A stretch of DNA of 64,000 nucleotides from Camelus dromedarius (Eukaryota): assembly GCF_036321535.1 (NCBI RefSeq), contig NC_087444.1:27342001-27406000 (forward strand). The letters run 5' to 3'. The notes under the pieces were generated by a model. That model saw only the letters and a program-made list of their open reading frames with translations, searched no databases and was not told the DNA's origin. Below, piece after piece: positions 12,078 to 23,659 of the stretch. Numbering within the stretch: the first letter of the stretch is position 1; each line of letters begins with the position of its first letter. Both the position numbers and the translations under genes were made by a program.

Positions 12078-12475
12078 CCAGTTCTCCTCACTCTCGCATG
12101 TGCCCAAGTCACCTAGATTCTTGGAAAATGCAGATTCTGATTCATTGGCTCTGGGATGGGACTGAATGTTTACATTTCTAACAGGCTCTTGGGCAGTGGT
12201 TCTCAACTAGGGTGATTTTTTGCCTCCAGGGGACCTTCGGAAATGTCTGGAGACATTTTTGGTTGTCAGAACTGAGGATAGAGAGAGATGCTGTTAGCAT
12301 CCAGCGGGTACAGGTCAAGGATGCTGCTAGATGTCCCATGATGCACAGGATGGCTCCCACAGCCAAGAATCTTCTGGCCCCAAATGACAACAGTGCCAAG
12401 GGTTGAGACACCCCTTCCTAGGGTGAAGCCGATTTTGCTGGCCCATGGGCCATGCTTAGAGGAGCAGTAGCATCC
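12078..12475. mobile_element. MER5A-like MITE split by a MER20 insertion (parts 12078-12193 and 12416-12475)
   Basis: Left part ends CATTTCTAACAGGCTCTTGGG. After MER20 it resumes TCCTAGGGTGAAGCCGATTTTGCTGGCCCATGGGCCATGCTTAGAG, matching the MER5A continuation CTCCCAGGTGATGCTGATGCTGCTGGTCC. Confidence 0.65.
12194..12415 (+). mobile_element. hAT-Charlie MITE MER20 (full length)
   Basis: CAGTGGTTCTCAAC...GGAAATGTCTGGAGACATTTTTGGTTGTCAGAAC...GGTTGAGACACCCC; both TIRs visible. Confidence 0.9.
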
Positions 12476-13281
12476 TTTTCTCCAGCTTAGCAACAAGGAC
12501 TCTGGGTTAAGCCATCTAGGTGAGACACAGTGAGCAGACAATGAGCAAAGATCAAATTTTATCTTTTGTTGGGGTTTTGGTGGAAGGTAGAGAGGATGTC
12601 ACCAGCCTCAGATCACTGGTGTGAAAGATGTGGCTGTTTGAATGTTTATAAGGATGGGGCATTCAGGGATCAATGGGAAACCTCCACGTTTCCACCGAGT
12701 TTAGCAGCAAAGACAAAAGGACTAAGGAAAGCGAGCCCATGAATTATTAATGGGCCCGGGTGGGAAAGTGTGGTGCAAGCCTTTTTAACACTGTTTGAGA
12801 TCAGGATGAGGAAAAATGGGCAGAGACTTAATTGTTTCATTGACTTTTGCGGAGGAAACTCAGAGTCATCAAATACACACGCAGAGGGCAGAGGAAGAAT
12901 TCACGTGCAACTCTTTCCTCCTTACTTTTCTGTTAAGATTAATTTGTAGTTTATGGCTCTAATGACCTTCCTGGTGTTGGAGCTGAGATTTGGATGCAGG
13001 ATTCATAACACAGCCACCCTTACAGGATGTCCAAAGCCTTCCCTCTGCCCCACTCCCCCCTGCCCTCCTTGACACCTTCATCATTTCTCACCGGGATGAA
13101 GGGTGTGGGCTCCCAACTGGTTTTCCTGCTTTTACTCTGTCAGACTTCCCTTGAAAGCATCTTCACATTGTGGCTGATGGGAGATTTCTCCAAAGAGCAT
13201 CTGACCACCCAGGGGAAATTGTTCAATGGTGCTTTGGGCTGTGATCAGTTTAGTTTCCTAGGGCTCCCCTATTCCCTAGAC

Positions 13282-14593
13282 CCATGGTCCTCTAAGGGTG
13301 ACCCATGGACCCTAGTGGGTCCCCAGCAGTCTTCCAGGGGGTCTGCAAGGTCAAAACTATCTTTGTAATATTAAGACATTATTTGCCTTTATCACTGTGT
13401 TGACGTTGTCCCGATGGCACAGAAGCCACGGTGGATGACAGTGCTGGTGCCCTAGCAGGAATGGAAGCGCAGTGTCCACCTGCACAAGTTGTTGCTGTGT
13501 TCTTCGCTGCCAAGCTCTTGCAATAACACAGGAAACAAGCAAATAAGTAAACAAAGCCATATTTTTCTTAAGCGTGTCTTTGATACATTTCATTAAATGT
13601 CAATCTTGGAATAGACATCTTTTAATATTTCATGTGATGCACCGGGAAGCACTTCTGCTCCCTGGCCAGCTGTACCAGTGGCCTCCGGGAAAAGCACTTG
13701 TGTGATTGCTTGAGTTGTGAACTCAACTAGCCACTTTTTTTTTCATGCCACATCATTTTTGCTTGGAAGGGCAACTGACAAATTATTATAATTATTCGGA
13801 TTTGGGTATTTGGCAGACATTTTCTTGAAAATGAAAAAGGTGGGCCTGTCGCTTCAAGGGAAAACAACTAATAGTGTTTGTTGCCAATGGGAAATTTCAA
13901 GCTTTCAAGTGAAAATTAGGATTTTGGGCAACTTGTATTTGTAACTGTGAGCTAGACAGTGTCCCAATACTTGAATACTTTTGTGATGAGATTGGTGGTG
14001 TTAATAAATGTGTTTTTTTAATGTTTTTTTAATTTAATGTTAATAAATGTGTTTTTTTTAAAATGAAATGTGAAAATATTTGAAAAAATCTGCATAACTT
14101 AGAGAATCCATATTTTCAGAATGAATCATCATGAGTGGATTAAAGAACCATCCAAAGTGCAGAATGGACCAGTGGATTTTAATTGGGCAAAGTACAGAAT
14201 AAATTATTGAAATGGTTTCGGATTCTATATTGCAACTAACCTTTACAAAATATCCCTTGTTGAGTTTTGGTGTAGTATCAAACAAGACTAGTCAAAATGA
14301 CCTGAAAATATTAATAAGATATTCTTCTCTTTTCTAATTACATGTCTGTGTGAGTCTGGGTTTCATTATTTTCTGTCTTAAGAGCTATGGTTATTTTTAA
14401 ACAAAACTGTATTATTTTTGTTGAAATATAATCGATTTACTGTTATTATTTTAAATGAATAAATGTTAAAATTTTCCCTTTCAAAATGTAACTATCAGTA
14501 GACATAATTTACATAATCAAAAGCTCTTTGGGGACCTCAGGAGATTGTAAGTATGTGAATGGGTCCTTAAGACCAGAAGTTTGAGAACTGCCA
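13282..14593 (+). mobile_element. hAT-Charlie1a DNA transposon deletion derivative with decayed transposase C-terminus
   Basis: Collinear with recalled Charlie1a (GGTCAAAACTATCTTTGTAATATTAAGACATTATTTGCC; GGGTATTTGGCAGACATTTTCTTGAAAATG; TTGAGTTTTGGTGTAGTATCAAA; AAGCTCTTTGGGGACCTC...TTTGAGAACTGCC). 8-bp TSD CCCTAGAC (13274-13281) and TCCTAGAC (14594-14601). Confidence 0.88.
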
Positions 14594-15923
14594 TCCTAGA
14601 CCTTCACCACTGTCACCTCTTTGATCTTCTCTGTGCTCAGAATGATGTGCTACTCTCATTTTTAACCTGTAATGTGCACCACCCTAGAGAGCCTTGCATT
14701 TCAGAGAGCGATCACATTACGTTCTCAGCTGAGGTTTCACAGGGCTAAGGAATTTGGGGTTTTTGGAGGCTTAATGACTTGCAGCATGGAAAGCCATGCT
14801 GTGAAAAATAATACCAAACAGCTGGTGGGAATCGAATGCCCACTGAGAGTTGCCCTTGGATGTGTCAGTCTTTCACCCTGAACTCATGGGACCTGTAACT
14901 ATCAACCTTCCCGTTGAGCAGGAGCCAGGCTGGACCACGTGTAGATTATTCACACAGTTCTCCTACAAAGGGCATTCGTAAAGGCTGGATTGCATTCAAG
15001 GTATTGTCTCCTCAGACAAAAATGCGTCTTTCTTCTTTCTCAGAGATGACCTCATAAGTCGCCATCAAGACCCAAACAGACTGGTTTCCATTTAGAGCAT
15101 CTACCCTTCCACAAACCTACCTCCTCAGAGCTGTAGGCATTTTCAGGCCTCATCTAGCCTCCTCATGGGGTAAGTTGTCTTGGCCTGGACCAGATGGACT
15201 CCCCAAGGAGATCTGGCTAAAGCATCTTCTCCTGAACATCTCAAATTCCCATGCTCAAAGGCACCCATCTGTTCTTCTTGAAAATGTATCTCAGCCATTG
15301 GGTTTGAGATGATCTGGAATTTTCACTGTAAATGAAATATCTCTGCCCTATTTCCTCTGACACCCAGTTCCCACTTCCACAGGTGGTTGGTTAGCTGGAA
15401 GATAGACTTAAATGTGACACTAGCATTTTGGAATTCTGTGTCAGATTGTAGCATCTAAATCCTGCCATTCACCCTCTTGTTTTTTGGTCTCCTGAGTCAA
15501 GGGAGCTGTGTGAACAAGGGCAAAGACCCAGTGGAAAATGAGGAAGGGCTTAGAGAAAAGACCATGCGCCATGATGCAGGGTTCCTACAATAAGCAGAGG
15601 TTAGGCTCCGGGCTCCAGGAAAGCTCCTTGCTTCTCCTTCCTGAATCTCTTGTTTTGCTTCCAAACTAGAGGAAAGGGTATTATAACTCTAGTTCAAGAA
15701 AAAGGCCATATGAAATAAAGAGGATAGCTAGATACAATGCTCTCAGACATGAGGAAGGAGCTGGCTTGGGCAACCCAATCCTTGATGGTCTGTTAGTTGG
15801 CTAATAATTGGAGAAGGGAGAGGGTGGAATGGAGATGAGGAGGCTTATTCTCCTCTCATGTGGGGAATTGTGCTTGGCCTAGACTGGGACTGGAGGAAGA
15901 GCTGAGAACAGGCCCTTCTTGGG

Positions 15924-16139
15924 CAGTGTTTCTCAGTCTTGGCATTGTTGACATTTGATGCTGGATAATTCTTTGTTGGGGTGGGGCTGTCCTGTGCATT
16001 GCAGGATGTTTAGAGCAACCCTGACCTCCATCCACTAGTCACTGATAGAACCTTCTCCACCCCCCTCCCAAACTCTAGCAGTCAAAAATGTCTCAGGGTA
16101 TTGCTAATGCACTCCCCCCACCCAAGTTGAGGACCACTG
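15924..16139 (-). mobile_element. hAT-Charlie MITE MER20 (full length)
   Basis: Reverse orientation: CAGTGTTTCTCAGTCTTGGCATTGTTGACATTTGATGCTGGATAATTCTTTGTTGG...GTTGAGGACCACTG. Confidence 0.88.
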
Positions 16140-16914
16140 CTCTGGGGTCACTAGAGTAGCCTGGTTTCTGCCTTTGAGGCACAGGCACTGGAGACACATA
16201 GCCCAGTGACTATCCTCCACTCTGGACAGCCAGCTTAGAACGTCATCTTCTGATGGGGAAGCACTTGGGGAAGGAGTGGGCAGAAGGTCTGAGGCCCTTG
16301 CTCCACATGGCCCCCCCCCAGAATTAAAGCAGGCACAGCCCCTCTCCCCGCTTTTCTATGTGAAGGAAAGCAGGCGTTCAACCTCTCTTCACCGTAGTTC
16401 CCACCGGGAAGAAGAAAATTCACCTAGTAGAGTCCAGCACTGTAATGTTGGTTTATCTTCTGGTAACCCATGTACTGTTCCAGGTACCATTTATTATTTA
16501 GGACTCAGATTAGGACCCCTTCTTTGAAGAATATTTTCTGGCTACCCTATGGCACATAGCTTCTGTCTGAAATCTTTCAACATTTGATTAAAGATCATCT
16601 TGTGTTTTCCAATCACTTTAACAGACATTTCTTTGGTCCTTTGTTTCCATTCACTAGAAGTAAGGTTGTTAGGTCCCTCAGTTAGAGAACACCTCCCACC
16701 ATCAGACACAGAGGAGGTGTTTATTGATTTGGCTCCACCCCACCTTCGTGATGGTATCAGTGTGACGTCATGGATGAGAGCTCCACTGTGGGTTCTAATC
16801 TGGGCGATCTGGACAAGTGTACCCAGACTGTAGGACAAGGGATTCGAGCTCAGAGAAATTGGTAAAAAGGAAATACATTGTTACCTGAGACATATTAGGG
16901 AGCCATCAAACAGC

Positions 16915-17065
16915 CGTCCAGTGAAAGCCCCTCACTTCCACTTACTATAAACCGTATAAACTTCAGCAAATCACTATCCTACACTGAACCTTCATTTCTT
17001 AATCTGTAAAATGTAGGTGTAATAATATGTGCATTAGAAAGCTTTCATGAAGACTAAATTAAGAA
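16915..17065 (+). mobile_element. MIR SINE
   Basis: CACTTACTATAAACCGTATAAACTTCAGCAAATCAC...CTTCATTTCTTAATCTGTAAAATGTAGG. Confidence 0.55.
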
Positions 17066-18045
17066 TGTGGATACCAATGACTGAGCTAGGAAGGGTCTCA
17101 GAAGGAGACAGTCAGATCTCTAGGGGCTGAGTTTGGGTTGAGTTGGGGCATGAGTGTGAACATGATGTGGAGAGAGGGGCCCAAGAACATTTTGGCTGCT
17201 GTAGAACTTTGGGGGAGGAGTAGAAACATCTAAAGGTAAATTTTTAAAAGGAAGTTGTGTTTGTTAAAGAAAAAAATTTTAAAAAAACCCCCAGGTAATA
17301 GCTAGTTTATTCATATAAGCTTTCAGACTCAGATTTATGTCTCTTTCCAATAGCAAATTCTGAGAAATAGCCATGAGAGAACCCACACATTTGTAGATCC
17401 CACTAAAGAGAGTCTATTAAAACTCACTTAAGTTCTCAGCAACGCTGGTTTCTTCTCAGTTCATCTCTGGTAGGATCCTGTACGGTGTCCTGTGTACAGT
17501 CCGCACATCTTCACTTATAACTGATAGATATTCTGTGTGTGCCGGGATGTTGGGAAATCTGGCTAGGAATAGAGTAAGGGGTGCTTGGATAAAGTCTTCA
17601 ATGTGCTTTTATAGTGGGAAAACAAGCTTTGTGCTTTTGGGTCTTGACAAGAAGCAGCCAAGGCTGAGCTAGGACCGTGGTCGATCCTGTCACTTAAAGA
17701 AGCACGTACTGCAGTAGGCAGGAGCCGTGTAACTCTGTAAGCTGCGAAGCAGACTCGCTGAAAGTGCGCTGCCATTATTTCAGGGGACAGAGTGCATGCT
17801 GATGTGTTTCCGAGGCATTCAAAGCTGAACTTCCTAGGATGAGACCTTCCTAATCAATCTGGCAGGAATTGGGGGAGGGTATTTGGGCTCCCAGCAACTT
17901 TCCAGCTCCTATAAGAGGTGACTCTGTGAGCAGCCAAAGGCTGATGTGCCCCTAAGGAGGCCCTGTTGCCTAATAGAGGCAGCGTCCTGCAGGGAGAAAG
18001 ACTGGTGTCGGAGTCAGAGCAGCTCCAGCCCATTATGCACTTCTT

Positions 18046-19068
18046 CTTCTAAATAACAGCTTTACTGAGATAGTATTCACATACCATAACATTCACCTTT
18101 TTTAAAGTAGATTTTATTTTTTTTAAGAGTAGTTTAGGTTCATAGTAAGACTGAGCAGAAGATACAGAGATTCCCCATTTACCTTCTGCTCCCACACATG
18201 CCCAGCTTCCCCCATTATCAGCCTCCCACACCAGAGTGGTACATTTCCTGCAATCCATGAACCTACACCAACACATCATTATCACCCAAAGTTCATTGTT
18301 TACAGTAGGGTTCACTCTTGAAGTACATTCTGTGGGTCTGGTCCAATCTATCATGGCATGTATCCACCATAATAGTGTCATGAAGAGTAGTGTCACTGCT
18401 CTAAAAATCCTGTGTTCAAGTCCACTATTTTAAAGTATACAGTTAATCTGGTTTTTTTTTTTTAGCATATGAACATGGTGTGCAACCATCATGACTATCT
18501 AATTCCAGAACATTTTCATCACCTCTAAAGAGTAAGTCCTTATCCCTTCACATTCACTCTCCATATGCTCTTCTACAAGCCTCTGGAAATTGCTGATCTT
18601 TCTGTCTCTGTGGATTTTTCTGTTCTGGACATTATGTATCAATGGATTAATAATATACAGCTTTTGTGACTGGCTTATTTCACTTAGTATATAGTTTTCA
18701 AGATTCATCATGTTGTAGCAGATATTAGTTCCTTACCTTTTTCACTGTCAAATAATATTCCATGGTGATATGACACGTTTTCTTTGTTCATTCATGAGTT
18801 GATAGACATTTCGGTTGTTTTCCAGTTTTGGGCTATAATGGTACTGTGTACATTCATGTAAAGGTTTTTGTGTGGACATATATTTTCAATTCTTTTGGAT
18901 CTATGCCTAGGAGTGGAATTGGTGGGTCTTATATGTTTAAAAGAAGAATTGCCAGGCTTTTTTCCAGACTGTTTTTCAAAGTGGCTGCACCACTTTACAA
19001 TTGCACCAACAATGTATAAGGGTTCTGATATTTTTCACCTGACCAAGACTTGTTATTGTTGGTCTTTC
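18046..19068 (-). mobile_element. L1M (L1MB-like) 3' portion, interrupted by a nested L1M
   Basis: ACAGCTTTACTGAGATAGTATTCACATACCATAAC; GTGCAACCATCATGACTATCTAATTCCAGAACATTTTCATCACC; CTGGCTTATTTCACTTAGTATATAGTTTTCAAGATTCATC; TTCAAAGTGGCTGCACCACTTTACA. Confidence 0.85.
18110..18427 (-). mobile_element. Nested L1M 3'-end fragment (different subfamily)
   Basis: GAGTAGTTTAGGTTCATAGTAAGACTGAGCAGAAGATACAGAG...GTCACTGCTCTAAAAATCCTGTG, flanked by the direct repeat TTTTAAAGTA (18100-18109 and 18428-18437). Confidence 0.8.
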
Positions 19069-19071
19069 TGA

Positions 19072-19380
19072 TTCATTCATTTATTCGTTCAACACTTATT
19101 TGCTGAGTATCTATGTGTGCTAGAGACCAGGGTATAAGAGTGAGAAAATCACATAAGAAGCTTATGATATTTTGGCAGGGACCAACAGTAATCAAATGAT
19201 AATACAAGTAAAAGTTAACATGCAATGATGCAGGGAATTACAAAGGGGGAGGGGTACATGATGCTGTGAGACTGTAAACCAGGGAGATTTGACTTTGTCC
19301 AGGGGTTTGGGGAAGGTCATTCTTAGGAGGCAATGATTGAGCTGAGATGTACAGGCTGAATGAGAGTTAAGTAGCTACCT
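19072..19380 (-). mobile_element. L2 LINE 3' portion
   Basis: ATTCATTCATTTATTCGTTCAACACTTATTTGCTGAGTATCTATGTGTGCTAG is an antisense L2 tail. Confidence 0.75.
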
Positions 19381-19588
19381 GATTATAAACAGCAGTGTTA
19401 CTGTATCTCTGCCTCAGTTCTTCCTTTGCAATATGGAGTCAGCCAGATCCATGTAAGAGAGTGGTTGGGGGAACTCAGTGAAAGGTACTGTTAGGCAAAG
19501 ATTAGATCCCTCAATTAATGATTTTCTGGTTTCCACTTGTAATCTTATACCCTCCCTCACTGTCCTAAAGAAAGTGTCTCTAGACAAA

Positions 19589-19710
19589 TGATGCTATTGA
19601 TGGTGGTGCTGATGGTGGTGATGGTGGTGGTGATGGTGGTGATGGTGGTGGTGGTGATGGTGGTGCTGATGGTGGTGGTACCGATGATGGTACTGATGAT
19701 AATGATACTG
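19589..19710. repeat. Imperfect (GGT/GAT)n trinucleotide microsatellite
   Basis: About 40 tandem GGT/GAT/GCT units are directly visible. Confidence 0.95.
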
Positions 19711-20894
19711 AGGAAGGCTGTGATTTGATGGGTCCCTTCTGTGTGCCAGGTACTGTGCTAAGTAATTTAAAGCATCTTATCCATTTCTTATAATGACACT
19801 GCAATAGAAGGAGATCAGCATGAGATTAGGATGAAGGAAAAAATAAAAAAGGCAATGGGGAAAAAAGGCACTGAGTTTATGTATGAAGAAACTGGACTTA
19901 CATTTGAAGAAATGACTCTAAGGCAAATATTTTTACATCTATATTCAGAAACCACCTGAATTAAGTACTTGATTTCAGAAAATGTATTTTTATGTAATTT
20001 AATTCTGTTTATACTTAGAAGGGTATTTTATTTCTCGAATATGAAATGCAATTTCTTTTGTTTCAAATTACTTCTCTGGTATTAAATGAAATGGTTTGGC
20101 TTAATCACATATAACAAACCTCCCAGTATAAGGGCCCGGATCCCAAGTCTTGCTGCAAATTAGTTTCTAGCCCAAGCAATAAATGCATACCTGGAGCAAA
20201 TTCAAAAAGGGAAACCACTCTAATTAGGTTTGAAAGTGTCTCCAATCAGTTCCAGAATAGCTGTCACTGGATTTATGATGCACCTTCCAAACTGTAGCTC
20301 TTTTCATGTCTAGGTGAAGTGAGGAGGCCACAGAGAAATGGGGCTTGATTTCTTGAAACCTAAATATTTATCTCACCAAATAAATGCCTCTAGAAAATAT
20401 GGGCAAGACTGATGGAAGGAAAGCAGGCTCACCTTCATTAAGCCTATCAGTCAGCCTCCATCTTTGTCTCCACCTAATTGCAAGAGTTCTAGAAGGATTA
20501 ATCCAATCCAACTCTCGCTGGACCATTTCCATAAGTATAGTCTGACCCCACTAATCTGTCACACAGCAGTTGCATTCGTGTCTACACTTATGCCCAAATG
20601 CAGGGCTTACCTGGAGCAGAGGCTGGCACTGAGACTCAGAGAGGTTAAGTGGCCTGCAGAAAATCACTGAGTTCTAAATGTCAGAACCAGGATTCAAACC
20701 CAGGTTACTCCATTGGAAGTATGTCAAGCCTAAGGAAAATACTCAAAAGATAACGTCAGCAGTAAAAATAATGATCAGTCATTTCATCTGTGTGATTCCC
20801 AGCTGTTTTGAAGTTGAGTCACCTGTTAAATTTTGTCGAATTCTTTAACCTTTTCATCCCAGCCATAATGCGTGAGTGACAAAACACAAGGAAG

Positions 20895-21110
20895 TAGACA
20901 GCACTGCAGAGTGGAAAGGTGTGAGGTTTGGAGTTGGAAAAATGGGACTTAGAGCCTGGCTTTCCACTTCTCAGCTATGTGTATGACTTTGGGCTTAACC
21001 ACTCTGACGCTTAGTCTCTTCCCCTGGATAGAGGGAATTAACACCTCTGGGTAGGGACTTGTGGTGAAGATGAAGGGAGAAGATGCCTTGTAGAGTGTAA
21101 ATTGCCTTCC
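20895..21110 (+). mobile_element. MIR SINE
   Basis: GTGGAAAGGTGTGAGGTTTGGAGTTGG...CCACTTCTCAGCTATGTGTATGACTTTGGGCTTAACCACTCTG. Confidence 0.6.
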
Positions 21111-21334
21111 ACATTACTTGCTCCTTTTAAAATCTAAAAGATTATGATGAAATCTGGCAAGAGAAGTCTGCAAGGTCTTCTCTGAAAGTTAATTGGAGAT
21201 GTCGTCCTGTGTCAGAAAGTCACAGTGACACTTACCCTTGAGCACTCAAAAACCAGCTCTTTAATTCTTGCGAAAATGGAGTAGTAATTGTGAAGAAGGT
21301 AGGACACCAGGGTTAGAATTCCCAGTATCTCCAC

Positions 21335-21475
21335 AGTGTGCTGGATGCTGTGCCAAATACTCTGGGAATATTATCTCATTTGAATAAATCTACGTGATTG
21401 GCAGTAGTGTTATAACCCTCACTTCACAGATGGAAACTGAGCAGAGATCGGTTCAATTTGCTTAAGTTATTCCAG
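21335..21475 (-). mobile_element. MIR SINE
   Basis: ATTATCTCATTTGAAT...CTCACTTCACAGATGGAAACTGAGCAGAGA. Confidence 0.55.
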
Positions 21476-21616
21476 CAAAATGATAATTTCCTTTGATCCC
21501 AGTTTCCTCTTTTCCTTTCCATTTCTTTGTATTACCAAGATAGTTTGCCAATGGAGGCTTAACTCTTTCTCCTAGATGACTCATACATGATTTTAATCTC
21601 ACTGACTGTAAAATGA

Positions 21617-22107
21617 TGTGTTAGGCAGAGTAATTCTCCCCCATGCCCCCCAAGAAAGATGTCCACATTCTAATTTCAGGACCTGTGAATGTGTTACCTT
21701 AGATGGCAAAAGGGACTTTGCAGATAGGGTTATGGTAAGGATCTAGAGATGGGGAGATTGTTTTAGATTATGTGGATAAGCCCAATGTAATTAAAAGGGT
21801 CCAGTGTAATACAAAAGCCAAAAAAGGAGATAGGAGGACAAAGCAAAGTTTGGAGTGATGAATGGAACAGGAAGTAAGAGCCAAAGAATGCAAGCAGCCT
21901 GTGGAAGTTAGAAAAGGCAAGGAAATGAATTCTCCCCTAGAGCTTCCAGGAGGAACCCAGTCTTGCCAACACTGCAGATTTAGTCCAATGAGACCCATTT
22001 TGGACTTCTGTCTTCAAGAGCTGAAGGACATTGGGTTTTAAGCCACTAAGCTTGATTTGTGTTAAGTTTGTGATGATTTGTTATAGCAACAATAGGAAAC
22101 CAATATA
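21617..22107 (+). mobile_element. MaLR solo LTR MLT1D
   Basis: TGTGTTAGGCAGAG...AAAGATGTCCACATTCTAAT...GGCAAAAGGGACTTTGCAGAT...TTCTCCCCTAGAGCTTCCAGGAGGAAC...GCAACAATAGGAAACCAATATA. Confidence 0.88.
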
Positions 22108-23339
22108 GAGGATCAGACCAAATGATTGCTCGTGGCAAACCAACCAAGCAAGACACCATCATAAACATTCAAGTAAGTGTAGTTCTACCATGGGCTGTAA
22201 CATTCAGAGTGGCCGTGGATCTTAAAGCCATCCAGTGAGGTTGAGGCCACACAGCTAGGGAGTGCAGCTCCTGGAATCCAAATCCAGGTCTTTCTAACCA
22301 CGTCTCCCTCCTTCTGCGTAGTGACTTGTGCCAGGGTCCACAGCTAGTTACCAGCAGAGCTGGGCTGGAATGTGGTCCTCATTCTCTAGATACATTTTTT
22401 TCAAAAGCAGTGATGTGAGCCACAGGCTCAGCACAGGATGGGGATGCCTGAGCTGGTCCTCCTGTCTCCTCTGCTTCATTCATTTCCGAAAGCACCTGAG
22501 TGCAGTGCTCACCCACCACTTGTGACTAGCCTGTCTTCACTCGTGGTCTTGTGCAAGTGATCAGTTGGCATACAGCAGAGCTCAGTGTGAAATAATCACT
22601 GATGAAGTGGTTAATGTTTGCTGAATGTCCCAAGACTGCACTTTGATTCCTGTCACCACCACCTGTTATTGAGGGACAGTCCTGATAGAGGAACCTCTTT
22701 TGACGTAAATGAGGCCTGGGGTTACAGTTCAGGGCATATCCTACGGAAGATCACGTCCTCCCCAGTGCTGAGATTAGGATGCAGCCACCTGACAAGTTTG
22801 TATTTCTGGGGGAAGGAGGGAAACTGAATGTGGAAGGGCACCCGTTGTGTATACAGACCCATACCTAGTGATTTCAGATGATGTAATTCTCACTATGCAT
22901 TATGAAGGATTATGATGCCTCTTTCCAAATGTGGAAACTTGGGCACAAATCCAACAGGTAACAAAACTAGAAGTAATGCTGGGAAGCTTAGAAATTTGGG
23001 GTTAATGGAGGAAAAAAACAAAGTTGTAATTCACACCTCTGGGTAATGAAAAGGTATTCAATGTTCCCTGTTTCCGTTTATGAACAGAAGTGTTCAAATT
23101 CCATTATTAGCCAACACATAACATGTAGTTTATTTTGACCCACTAATGTCCTGAATAGAGCTGATCTGAATCCATTTATGCGGTGCTGAGCGAGACATTG
23201 AGGGTTAATGAAAACTAGAATAGACTAGGATTTAAAGACTTGAATTATGATTGGATTGCTATTATTTTGTTCTTATTATTATCTTGGACAAATTAAAAAA
23301 AATTTTAAGGCTTCTCTCTGGACTTTCTTACCTGTTGAG

Positions 23340-23570
23340 GCAGCAAAATAGAAGAATAACATAGGTTTTGAAAACAGGAAAACTAGATTAAAATCTTGGT
23401 TCTTTTGTGAATGTACTGTGGCCTTAAACAAGCCACTTAACCTCACCCCTCTCAGGTCCTTCTTTAGGAAAATGAAGATAACGATTTGTAGCTCGTAGGA
23501 CTCCTTAAGAACTGTGCATAGTAAATAACAGGCATCTAGAATCTAGGTTGGCTCTTCGTTCCCCATGAGT
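23340..23570 (+). mobile_element. MIR SINE
   Basis: GTGGCCTTAAACAAGCCACTTAACCTC...GGAAAATGAAGATAAC. Confidence 0.55.
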
Positions 23571-23659
23571 GGTAGCTCTGTGATGAAGGATGTTTGACTA
23601 AGTAATCTCTAGATCACCTGCATGTCTCTAATTCTAGTTTTTTAAAACCTTTGACTACT

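Noticed and set aside
19580-19804. Proline-rich ORF (PPPSPPSPPP)
   Set aside because: Translation of the GGT/GAT microsatellite.
21236-21335. Open frame ending at a strong minus-strand donor (AGG/gtaagt)
   Set aside because: No credible acceptor, it runs into a MIR, and the peptide is not recognised.
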